DNA of 64,000 bases. Source: an uncultured Chloroflexia bacterium (lineage in GTDB: Bacteria; Chloroflexota; Anaerolineae; B4-G1; SLSP01). Position 1 is the first letter of the stretch. Each line of letters begins with the position of its first letter. The stretch lies in NCBI GenBank assembly GCA_963751345.1, contig CAVVUS010000012.1:1-64000 (forward strand), given 5' to 3'. Below, piece by piece: positions 35,381 through 44,029 of the stretch. The translations under genes and the position numbers were made by a program. A model generated the notes under the pieces. The model was given only the letters and a program-made list of their open reading frames with translations. It was not told the DNA's origin and searched no databases.

Positions 35381-36328
35381 CTACATCGTCCAGGGCTCCG
35401 CACGGACGTCGGTCTCATCGGACCAGCGATACTGGAGCGCCACGATCTCGTCGCGGATATCGTCAGGAAGCGGCTGGATATCCTGGGCAGCAGCGATGAA
35501 CTCCTGTAGATGGCTCAAGCGACCCGTCGAGCCTACGGTAGTACGTACCTGTGGAAAGCTGTGGGCGAAACGCACGCAGAACTCCGTCCAACTGCCGATG
35601 CCGGAGCGCTCGAAGATCGGCGCCACCTCGACCGCCCGCTTCTGAAGGTAGTCCTTCCAAGCTGCGCCCGGCACATCGCGCAGCCGGTGCACAGGGCCGC
35701 CGGAGACCGTACGCATGGCGACGATCGGCTCGTCCCGCTCGATCAACATATCCCAGAGCTCGTTGGACGCGAAGCGCTGCAGGGGGTTGAGATAGAAGAT
35801 GTAACCGTCGACGATGCCCTCGGGATAGCCGGCGCGCAGCGCCTTGAGCGGCGTCTCGGACGTCCAGGGGAAGACCTCAACGACGAAGCGTTCCACGAGC
35901 CCTTCATCTTTGATGCGGGCAAAGCCGTCATAGCACGGCCCGCCGTTGGCGAACTCCTCGGCGAGCTGTCCGCCCAGGCACAACTGCCCCAGATCCAGAC
36001 TCTCCACCCCCAGCGGTTCCAGGTTCTGGCGAATGACGTCCCGGAGCTCGTCGATCGTATTCCACCCGATCTTGACGATCAGCTTGGGGACGCGGCTGCG
36101 GTCTTGATCGAAAGCCGCCCGCAGAACCTGCAACGCATTGCCGTAAGTGTGGCTGGTGTGGAACCACATATCCGTCGGGAAGTCTGCGGCAGCATCCATC
36201 GCTGCACGGGCAACCGCCACCCGTTCGTCAAACGGGATATGGTCATCCCCAAGGCGTGTTGTACCGTAGACGTATGGAGAGAGGTCACTCAAGAGGCTCG
36301 ACTTCGGTGATACAGCATTCTCATTCAT
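35381..36328 (-). CDS. Aldo/keto reductase family protein
   Basis: YGTTRLG, FHTSHTYG, IVKIG, IVAMRTVSGG, TTVGST. Confidence 0.75.
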   Translation of the reverse strand: MNENAVSPKSSLLSDLSPYVYGTTRLGDDHIPFDERVAVARAAMDAAADFPTDMWFHTSHTYGNALQVLRAAFDQDRSRVPKLIVKIGWNTIDELRDVIRQNLEPLGVESLDLGQLCLGGQLAEEFANGGPCYDGFARIKDEGLVERFVVEVFPWTSETPLKALRAGYPEGIVDGYIFYLNPLQRFASNELWDMLIERDEPIVAMRTVSGGPVHRLRDVPGAAWKDYLQKRAVEVAPIFERSGIGSWTEFCVRFAHSFPQVRTTVGSTGRLSHLQEFIAAAQDIQPLPDDIRDEIVALQYRWSDETDVRAEPWTM

Positions 36329-36385
36329 CTGCTTCCTCCTGGCTCATAGTGGTAAAGAAACGCGGTGACATAGGCACGGAACGGC

Positions 36386-36841
36386 CTACAACCACAGGTT
36401 AAGCAACGCCTCGCCACAGCTCCCGGCCTGCACCGGCTCCCTTCCGGTGGCGACCATTAGCGAGCGCCCGTCGGCACCCAGATCCCACAGCCTGCCGCAG
36501 AGAAAGACGTTGATACCCGCCCTCGCGCCGCTCTCGAGGATCCTGCCCTCCAGGGCATACGTTCGCCACGCCTGGCCCTCGGTGAGCTTGCCGATATCGC
36601 CCTTGTCGACATCCGCGGGAGCGGAGGAGCCGTCGTAGCCGCGCCACGCCGTGTCCCACGCACCATCGTGCGTGACGTAAGAAGGGACCGCAAGCAGCTC
36701 GACGCCTTGAGACTTGAGGCGCGCATACGGTGGCGGATACCACGAATCAGCACAGATCAGCACGCCCAGCCGGCCGGCAGGGGTATCGAATACGGGCAGA
36801 TCCTCAGGACTGGCAGGTGTTAGGGACGCGTTGCCATTCAT
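36386..36841 (-). pseudogene. C-terminal half of a carbon-nitrogen hydrolase (nitrilase superfamily)
   Basis: PVFDTPAGRLGVLICADSWYP..LLAVPS present; N-terminal catalytic Glu and Lys segments absent. Confidence 0.75.
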
Positions 36842-37443
36842 CCGTGGGCCACTCCATCCGTGTAGCGGATCCAGATCTCAGTGTAGGTGTTGGACCCAAC
36901 TACCTCCATCTGGCACGTTCGCTGCCCCTTCTCCCAAACAAGGAGGCGTCCCCAAGCCGTGTCCTGCTCTCGTGCAAGCTCCCACCCGTTGGCCGCCATC
37001 TGCTCTCGCAGATGCTCTTCGACTTGCCCGGGCTGGATGTCCACACGCTGGAAGCCTACGGCCTCGTCCACCCCGACACTGTAGGTCTCGACCAACGGAT
37101 CGGAGTAGAGCGAGACATCGTCCGGCATCTGGTGTTTGTCGTTCACACCCGCTAGTCGCTCGCCCGTCGCCAGGGAGCCGCCCTCTGCCGGCGCGACACC
37201 GACGCCAGTCGGCGCAAGGTCCTCCTTGAGCCGGAACAGGTCGGCAGCCAGACCTACGACGGGATATTGCGCCTCCCAAACCGGTAGCTGGCGCTCAAGA
37301 TAGGCTCGGCCCAAAAGAAAAACACCTGCCGCGCTGACGATCGCCAGAATCGCGAGTACAGCGGTTGCGATGAGACAGGTCTGGAAGCAGCCGGACGGCT
37401 TTCTTGATCGAGATTCGACGGGGGGGGACGTCCTTGTGGCCAT
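36838..37443 (-). CDS. Hypothetical single-pass membrane protein
   Basis: KPSGCFQTCLIA plus TM helix; C-terminal HLREQMAANGWEL motif; third gene of a coupled operon. Confidence 0.7.
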   Translation of the reverse strand: MATRTSPPVESRSRKPSGCFQTCLIATAVLAILAIVSAAGVFLLGRAYLERQLPVWEAQYPVVGLAADLFRLKEDLAPTGVGVAPAEGGSLATGERLAGVNDKHQMPDDVSLYSDPLVETYSVGVDEAVGFQRVDIQPGQVEEHLREQMAANGWELAREQDTAWGRLLVWEKGQRTCQMEVVGSNTYTEIWIRYTDGVAHG

Positions 37444-37447
37444 CCGC

Positions 37448-38230
37448 CTACTCCCTGACGCCGAAGGTGTCATCGGCGAGACGTTCAACTGTCATCCCCA
37501 GCGCGCGAAGGGCGCCAGCCGCCTGCTCCCGCACCGGATAGAGCGTGTAGGGACCGAGATCACCCGTCCCGGTGACGACGTAGTCATCCTGGAGCGCGGT
37601 CTCGAGCTGCGGGATGGCATCCGCGTCTCCCGCCTGTCCCAGGGCACGCGCGGCGTCCATACGCACGGTCGGATCGGAGGCCCCAGTCACCAGGTCGCGG
37701 ACCTGGGGTACGGCTTGCTGATCCCCCAGATAGGCCAACGCGATGAGCAGATGCGACTGCAGCTCCCCCGATGCATCAGCGGCAGCCTTGCGCAGCTCCG
37801 GAATCGCGTCAGGCCCCAGTTCAGTGAGTGCGCGTGTCAGGTGCAGCTTCAGAAGAGACGACGCCGGCAGATAGCTATTCGCAGGTGCTGATCCTCCTGT
37901 GGGCTCGATTATCTCGCGATCCAACGCCTCGACCAGGTAACCAACCCGCGCCTCCAACGGGACGTCCCCGCGATCCGGCAGGCGCGATGCGACAGCCAGC
38001 CGCTGCGCCATGTCGCCGCCCTGCAAGTCCTGCGCGAGATCTTCGGCATTTGGCGTGGGCACGACGACCGCACCGTCAGCAGACGCGCCGTCCGCTTCGC
38101 CTACCGCAGTGTCGCCGGGCGGGGTGACCGTCTGACCAGCACCCGGGCCTGCCGGAAACCCTCCGCAGCGAACCGTCAGGACCCCGGCGAGGAGGATGAG
38201 CGTGACGTAAGGCCGCAGGCCGCGCATCAT
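37448..38230 (-). CDS. HEAT-repeat (putative lipo)protein
   Basis: Signal-like N-terminus ending TVR-CGG; repeats RALTELG..AIPEL, ALAYLGD..AVP, VRMDAARALGQAGD..AIPQL, VREQAAGALRALG. Confidence 0.8.
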   Translation of the reverse strand: MMRGLRPYVTLILLAGVLTVRCGGFPAGPGAGQTVTPPGDTAVGEADGASADGAVVVPTPNAEDLAQDLQGGDMAQRLAVASRLPDRGDVPLEARVGYLVEALDREIIEPTGGSAPANSYLPASSLLKLHLTRALTELGPDAIPELRKAAADASGELQSHLLIALAYLGDQQAVPQVRDLVTGASDPTVRMDAARALGQAGDADAIPQLETALQDDYVVTGTGDLGPYTLYPVREQAAGALRALGMTVERLADDTFGVRE

Positions 38231-39954
38231 TGACTGCCTCCGCTCTGCTTGCCGGGGTTGGCCCAGTCGACGCTGTTCGCCGAGCCGGACGGCCAGGTGT
38301 TCTCCTGAAGATAGGCCGGCACCTCGCTATCGCGCATCCCTATGCCGAACGTATCCCGGCTATGCGGATCGAGCCCGTAGCCCGCCTCGCGGCCGTCGGG
38401 CACCCGGTCACCGTCGCTGTCCCCGGCGGCCCTGTACCCGTTGGGCCACCAATCTTGATGGTTCTCCAGGTGGGTCCATTCGTGTAGGATGACCGAGGCG
38501 AACACGTCGATTCCCTCGGTCCGTTTGCCTGTAAGGATATTCGAGGACACAAAGTCAGGGCCAAGGTCGGTTAGGTAGATGTGATTGGCTTCCTCAGAAC
38601 TGTAATAGCCGAGATAATAGCCCAGATTCTCCTTGTCCGTAGGGTCGTAGAGGATCGAATCGCCATGGCCTTGGCTGGCTCGGGTCTGCTTCCAATAGTA
38701 GAACCAGTTGGGAAACTCGCCACCGGGGTTGTTCGACGCATCCCGGGGGAAGAAGACGCGCACGCGCAGGGGCTGCGGATCCTCACACAGCCCAGGAGGA
38801 TCGAAGTGGGCCCGGATGGTCTTCTCCCCGAAATCGGTGTTCTTGGCAGGGAGAGTCTCATAGCGTGCCGTCACCTCGCGACCACGCCCGTCCTCCGGGT
38901 CGGTCGTCAACACGCTGCCCGGAATCTCAGGAAAGGTCCAGACCAGCTCATCCAGCAGCGTCCCGAGCGATCCCGGCTCGACCCCCGCTTCCACCTTGAA
39001 CTCCATGACGCCGGGGTCCGAATCATTGTAGGTAAGCACGGTGTCGGGTTCCGACGTGGTGATGAGGGCCGTACAGTCGGTCCTGAGCTCGTACTCGACC
39101 AGCACCTCATCGTCGAAGGCGTCACTCCACATCTCCACGGTGTAGTTCATCTCGTCGAGTGGGGCACGCCGTTGATAACTGATGGTCCGATCCATACCCG
39201 GAGCCTCAACGATGGTCACTGGCGTGGGCATGCCGGCAGCCGAGAGCGGTACATCAAGGGCAGAGCCGTCCATGACCATCTCCCCACCCCGGCCCTCTAT
39301 CGTGATCTCGAAGGTACCCCCCAGCCCCCCAAACACCGATGCTCCATCCACCGGCTCAGGATGGCTGATCTCCACGTCCAACTCCCCCGAGGGCGGGTTG
39401 GCGCCACGGTCGATGCGCAGCGAGATGCGATCGGTCGCCGGATCGAGGGTGTGGGTACCCGATCCGGCGAAATCGTCACGAAGTGAGACTTCACCATCGC
39501 TTATATGTAGCGTGTTGGACGTACGCCATCGCACCGTCCCGCTCTGCAACTGAAACGTCCCGTCGTCAGCCTGGGTCAGAGCGAACGCCACCGTAGCCTC
39601 ATAGGCACCTGCAACGGGGAGGTCCTCGGCGAGGTTGACGGGGATGCCCTGGTCCATCCACTCCCGAACGGTCTGCATGGCGGGCTGATCCTGGACAGCG
39701 GGTAGCTGCCCGACGAGGTCGACGACGTTGCGCAGGATGTTTTGGATCCGTGCGACAGCTACCGGCGCAGCAGCACCCACGAGGAGAGCACTGCCGATCC
39801 CGTACGGTGCCGCTGCCGGGCCCCGCATGCGGTAGTTGATGACCCCGCGATAGACGGTCGGATCTGCAGCGTCAACGGATATGGGCACTGCGGAAAGGGG
39901 AACCAAGCCAATCGCCAATATGAGCGAAAACACCAACGATCCAACTCTATTCAT
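38227..39954 (-). CDS. Large secreted protein with a C-terminal HEXXH metallopeptidase-like domain
   Basis: Sec signal MNRVGSLVFSLILAIGLVPLSA; VILHEWTHLE; DSDGDRVPD Ca-binding-like loop; downstream E in RDSEVPAY. Confidence 0.7.
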   Translation of the reverse strand: MNRVGSLVFSLILAIGLVPLSAVPISVDAADPTVYRGVINYRMRGPAAAPYGIGSALLVGAAAPVAVARIQNILRNVVDLVGQLPAVQDQPAMQTVREWMDQGIPVNLAEDLPVAGAYEATVAFALTQADDGTFQLQSGTVRWRTSNTLHISDGEVSLRDDFAGSGTHTLDPATDRISLRIDRGANPPSGELDVEISHPEPVDGASVFGGLGGTFEITIEGRGGEMVMDGSALDVPLSAAGMPTPVTIVEAPGMDRTISYQRRAPLDEMNYTVEMWSDAFDDEVLVEYELRTDCTALITTSEPDTVLTYNDSDPGVMEFKVEAGVEPGSLGTLLDELVWTFPEIPGSVLTTDPEDGRGREVTARYETLPAKNTDFGEKTIRAHFDPPGLCEDPQPLRVRVFFPRDASNNPGGEFPNWFYYWKQTRASQGHGDSILYDPTDKENLGYYLGYYSSEEANHIYLTDLGPDFVSSNILTGKRTEGIDVFASVILHEWTHLENHQDWWPNGYRAAGDSDGDRVPDGREAGYGLDPHSRDTFGIGMRDSEVPAYLQENTWPSGSANSVDWANPGKQSGGSQ

Positions 39955-40018
39955 GCAGTCTCTCCGGGAATATGGAACACGACGGGGCAAGTCTACAGTA
40001 TTTTCCCGGACGGTCGAG

Positions 40019-40927
40019 CTATGAACTAAAGGCTTGCTTTCCATCCTCCGCATGCAGGAGCCCCACGACGGTCGCCCAGACGTTGCGCAGCGCCGCACTC
40101 ACCGGCCCATCTGCCGCGGCGATCGGCTCCCCACGAACCATCGCCTCGGTCACTGCGGGATCGTAGGGAAGCCGGCCGACCACCGCGACGCCGCGTTCGG
40201 CACAAGCTGCCTCGATTGCCGAGGACTGAGCGGGACTGAGATCAGCCTTGTTGACTAGAACGACGGCGAGCACGCCGAAGTGGTCCGCGACGTCCAGGAT
40301 GCGGTCCAGATCGTGAGCACCCGACACCGTCGGCTCCGTGACCACGAGCGCGACATCCGCGCCGGAGAGCGCCGCGATGACCGGGCACCCGATGCCCGGC
40401 GGACCATCGACCAACAGCAAGTCGGCGCCTTCGTCGAGTGCGCGCAGTCTGGCGTGCTGCTTGACCAGGGCGACCAGTTTGCCTGAGTTCTCCTGCCCGG
40501 CGAAGAGGTGCGCGTGGTAAAGAGGCCCATACCGGGTAGCGGCCTTGCTCCACGTCCCCGCCTGCTGGGGGATCATCCGGATCGCGTCCGCGGGGCAAGG
40601 GTAGACGCACGCGGCACATCCCTCACACGCCACCGGGTCCACGGCATAGTAGACATCGTTGCGGGGAACCACAGCGTCAAAACGACAGACCTCGGCACAG
40701 CGCCCGCATGCAGTACAGAGGTAGGGGTCGATGGCTGCGACGTTGCCTCCGGCGAAATCATAGGTCGCTTCAACCGTCGGCGCGAGTACCAGACCGAGGT
40801 TGGCAGCATCCACGTCGGCATCGGCCAACACCACGCTCAGGGATCCTCCGGCAAGGTGGGCCAGCCCTGCCGCCACCGTGGTCTTGCCCGTGCCACCCTT
40901 ACCGCTGAGAATGACGAGCTGCTTCAT
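40019..40927 (-). CDS. MinD-superfamily P-loop ATPase with inserted ferredoxin (COG1149-type)
   Basis: SGKGGTGKTT, DADVDAANL, CTACGRCAEVC, CEGCAACVYPCP, DGPPGIGCPV, VTEPT. Confidence 0.92.
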   Translation of the reverse strand: MKQLVILSGKGGTGKTTVAAGLAHLAGGSLSVVLADADVDAANLGLVLAPTVEATYDFAGGNVAAIDPYLCTACGRCAEVCRFDAVVPRNDVYYAVDPVACEGCAACVYPCPADAIRMIPQQAGTWSKAATRYGPLYHAHLFAGQENSGKLVALVKQHARLRALDEGADLLLVDGPPGIGCPVIAALSGADVALVVTEPTVSGAHDLDRILDVADHFGVLAVVLVNKADLSPAQSSAIEAACAERGVAVVGRLPYDPAVTEAMVRGEPIAAADGPVSAALRNVWATVVGLLHAEDGKQAFSS

Positions 40928-40970
40928 CGCGTGCTGCCCAACCCGGTCCGACGTCCGGACCGGCCCGGTA

Positions 40971-41840
40971 TCACAACATCGCCTCAAGCTGCGACCAGAG
41001 TGCCGCGAAACGCTCACGATAGACCGGACGCACCTCCACGAGGGCCCGGCCCCGGGCAATGCCCTCAGCGATGCTCCGCTCCAGTGGGATACGCATCAGG
41101 ATAGGGATGCCCTGAGCCGTGCAGTAGGCGTCCACACCTGCATCACCGATGCCGTCGCGATTCACGACGACGGCGACGGGCAGATGCAGTTCGTCGCGGG
41201 CAACCTGCACTGCCACCTTGAGATCGTGGTGCCCAAAAGGCGTGGGCTCGGTGACAAGCAACACGATGTCAGCCCCACGCATCGTCTCCACAACCGGGCA
41301 CGAGGCTCCCGGTGGCGCGTCCAGGATCACGGGTCGACCATCGACGGCATGGACGGTCGACCAGCGCTTGAGCTCACGGAGGATCGGCACCGCCATGGGC
41401 TTTCCCACGTCGAGGGTTCCCTGAGCAAACATGATATCGCCGGCGTGTCCGCGTTCCAGCAGACCGATTGCATCGGGCACCTCGTGAATCGCACCTGCGG
41501 GGCAGGCCCGCGTGCAACTCCCGCAGCCGTGACACAACTCGGAGAAAACCAGCACCTCGCGGCCGATCACAGCAATGGCGTGATATTGGCAGACCTCGGC
41601 ACAGCGCCCGCAGGCCGTACAGGTTGCGGCATCGACTTCCGGGATGAGCTGGCTGACCGCACGCCGCTCGGTCAACTCGGGACGCAGGAAGAGCGCTGCA
41701 TTGGGCTCCTCGACGTCACAGTCGATGAACAGGGGGGCGCGGCCTGCCGGCAGCGGAGCGCCGGCTAGACTCAGGGCCAAGCTAACGGCCACGGTCGTCT
41801 TCCCCGTGCCACCTTTGCCGCTGGCTACAGCGACTCTCAT
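40971..41840 (-). CDS. MinD-superfamily P-loop ATPase with inserted ferredoxin (COG1149-type paralog)
   Basis: ASGKGGTGKTT, DCDVEEPN, two ferredoxin motifs, DAPPGASCPV, VTEPTPFGHHD. Confidence 0.92.
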   Translation of the reverse strand: MRVAVASGKGGTGKTTVAVSLALSLAGAPLPAGRAPLFIDCDVEEPNAALFLRPELTERRAVSQLIPEVDAATCTACGRCAEVCQYHAIAVIGREVLVFSELCHGCGSCTRACPAGAIHEVPDAIGLLERGHAGDIMFAQGTLDVGKPMAVPILRELKRWSTVHAVDGRPVILDAPPGASCPVVETMRGADIVLLVTEPTPFGHHDLKVAVQVARDELHLPVAVVVNRDGIGDAGVDAYCTAQGIPILMRIPLERSIAEGIARGRALVEVRPVYRERFAALWSQLEAML

Positions 41841-41849
41841 CTTTCTGCG

Positions 41850-42224
41850 CTAGTGCCCGTGCTCGACGCTCTCAGCACACGCCGCAGCCCCGTTCAGCTC
41901 GCCGCTAAGATATTGGGCAATCGCATCCCCCACTGTGCCGCACGCGCCGGTCGCGGGCTCGATGCCATACTGGCGGAAGAAGTCTACCGCCCGTCCGCCC
42001 ATGCCCCCGCTGAGCATCACGTTCGCCCCCAGGCTATGGACGAAGCCGGGCACCTGCCCCGGCTAGTGGTTGGCATAGTAAGGGTTGGCGACCATCTCCA
42101 CGCTTTGGATATCCTGTCCTTCGACCTCCACAACCGCGAAGAACGGGCAACGCCCGAAGTGAGGGCTGATGGGCGCAGCCAGGCCCTGATCGTTGGCAAC
42201 CGAGACGGCAATTCGTGTGGTCAT
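41850..42224 (-). CDS. NifB/NifX-family (IssA-like) protein with an in-frame TAG at 42063-42065
   Basis: ISPHFGRCPFF..NPYYANH*PGQVPGFV..SGGMGGRA; same frame on both sides of the stop. Confidence 0.85.
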
Positions 42225-42271
42225 AAATCCTCCTGTTGAGTGAGCAATTGAGTGATTGAGATTAGGGGCGG

Positions 42272-43072
42272 CTAGCGCCCTTGGTGACGTCCGCCACGCA
42301 AGCCGGCGTGATCCACCCCGGCAGTCTCCAGGGGCGCTAACCGCCCGGTCTGGTAGGCTTCCATCACATCTCGAACCGTGGCGCCCTCCAGCTGGTAGGC
42401 AGGGATGCCTGCGGCCTGGATCACACGGAAGGCATTTGGGCCAAGGCTGGGCGCAATGACTGCCTGCACACCGTGCTGCACGACCGTCTGCGCCGCCTGC
42501 ACCCCTGCGCCACCGGACGCGTCCAGCGCCGGGTTGGGGACGGCCTCGAATGCCCCGGTCTCCGGGTCCACAAAGATAAACGTCGGGCAACGCCCAAAGA
42601 CAGGGCTGGTGGGCGATGTCAGATCCGCGCCGTTGGCAGGGATCACAATCTGCATAGGACTCTCCTTCTCGTCGCTGAGTGTTGCTCCGGATTCAAGGCC
42701 CCGCTCAGGGCCGAGCTCATCGTGAAGCGCAAGGAAATACTCGATCACTTGTTGTGTTCCGCGCAGTTGTGCCACGCAGCAGCGCAGCACCTCCCGTCCC
42801 AGCGGCGTAAGCGCATAGACCCGCCGCGGCGGGCCCTGGGTCGTTTCGTCATCCATCGTCGAAATGATCTGGCCCTGGGCCTCCATATCGCGCAGGGCGC
42901 GATAGATGACGGTCGGCGCCAGGAAATCCAGCCCGAACTCTGCCATCCGGCCCAGGAGTGTGTACCCATGGGACGGGGCTTGCTCCAGCAACAGCAGCAG
43001 AGCGGGGTCGAGGAACTGCCCGATCCGCCGGTTGCATCCGCGCCCCCTGCAACCACGTCGCCGATTCCACAC
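42272..43072 (-). CDS. PadR-family regulator fused to a NifB/NifX-family domain
   Basis: LLLLLEQAPSHGYTL..IYRALRDME..GPPRRVYALT (PadR), then SPVFGRCP..GGAGVQAAQ..GPNAF (NifX); GGAGG SD before GTG. Confidence 0.85.
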   Translation of the reverse strand: MWNRRRGCRGRGCNRRIGQFLDPALLLLLEQAPSHGYTLLGRMAEFGLDFLAPTVIYRALRDMEAQGQIISTMDDETTQGPPRRVYALTPLGREVLRCCVAQLRGTQQVIEYFLALHDELGPERGLESGATLSDEKESPMQIVIPANGADLTSPTSPVFGRCPTFIFVDPETGAFEAVPNPALDASGGAGVQAAQTVVQHGVQAVIAPSLGPNAFRVIQAAGIPAYQLEGATVRDVMEAYQTGRLAPLETAGVDHAGLRGGRHQGR

Positions 43073-43088
43073 ATCCACCTCCGCCTCT

Positions 43089-43116
43089 AGTGTAATCACT
43101 AGTGACAGATTGTCAA
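43089..43116 (-). promoter_or_regulatory. Sigma70 promoter of the padR-nifX operon with a palindromic operator
   Basis: TTGACA-N16-TACACT; the palindrome TGACA-gat-TGTCA overlaps the -35 box. Confidence 0.7.
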
Positions 43117-43221
43117 TAGAAACAATTGCGAGATCATCGATCTGCCTAATTTTGCCCACACGTCCGTCCTGTGCTACAATGGGCATGAAAGGTAGGATCA
43201 CTAACAAGAAGGGAGCGACCA

Positions 43222-43995
43222 ATGCAGTACTATGAACTCGCCACAGGCTACAAGATGCCCGCGCTGGGACTGGGGACGTGGCAACTGAGAGGCCATACGT
43301 GTACGCGGGCGGTCCGTACGGCCCTGGATCTGGGGTATGATCACATCGACACCGCCGAGAATTACGGCAACCACACGGCGATCCGGGAAGCCCTGGAGGG
43401 ATACGACCGTGAGAAGCTCTTCATCACGACGAAGATCCCGCATAGCGAGCTGCGGCACGATGACGTGCTGGCAATGGCCGACCGCGCGCTGTCGGAGCTC
43501 GGGGTCGATTATCTCGACCTCCTGCTCATCCACTGGCCCAACGACCAGATCCCACTGTCGGAGACCCTGCCTGCGATGGCCAAGTTGGTACGACAGGGCA
43601 AAGTGCGCAGCATCGGCGTGAGCAACTTCATGATCCACCATCTGGAGGAGGCGCTTCGTGTGACCGAGGTGCCCATCACGGTCGACCAGGTGAAATTCCA
43701 CCCCTATCACAACCAGCGGGATCTCCTGGACTACTGCAAGGAGAAGGGGATCGTAGTGACCGCTTACTCACCCTTCGGAAACGGTTCGCTGATCGGCGAC
43801 ACAGCGCTCAGGCGCATCGCGGAAAAGTATGATCGAAGTATGCCCCAGGTCGTCCTGAGATGGCTGCTGACCAAGGGACTCGTGGTCATCCCGAAGTCCG
43901 GAAACCCCGACCACATCGCGGCCAACATGGACATCTTTGACTGGGAACTTGATGCCGAGGATTTCGAAGCCATCGAAGCGCTTGGACAACGTTAG
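43222..43995 (+). CDS. Aldo/keto reductase (2,5-DKG reductase-like)
   Basis: MPALGLGTW, HIDTAENYGN, FITTKI, DLLLIHWP, IGVSNF, AYSPFG, VIPKS. Confidence 0.95.
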   Translation: MQYYELATGYKMPALGLGTWQLRGHTCTRAVRTALDLGYDHIDTAENYGNHTAIREALEGYDREKLFITTKIPHSELRHDDVLAMADRALSELGVDYLDLLLIHWPNDQIPLSETLPAMAKLVRQGKVRSIGVSNFMIHHLEEALRVTEVPITVDQVKFHPYHNQRDLLDYCKEKGIVVTAYSPFGNGSLIGDTALRRIAEKYDRSMPQVVLRWLLTKGLVVIPKSGNPDHIAANMDIFDWELDAEDFEAIEALGQR

Positions 43996-44029
43996 CTTCC
44001 AATGAAAGGGTAGGGTCACAAGGATTGCC

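Noticed and set aside
40019-43072. Nitrogen fixation genes
   Set aside because: NifX-like domains and P-loop ATPases lack NifH/NifDK signatures; this cluster type also occurs in non-diazotrophs.
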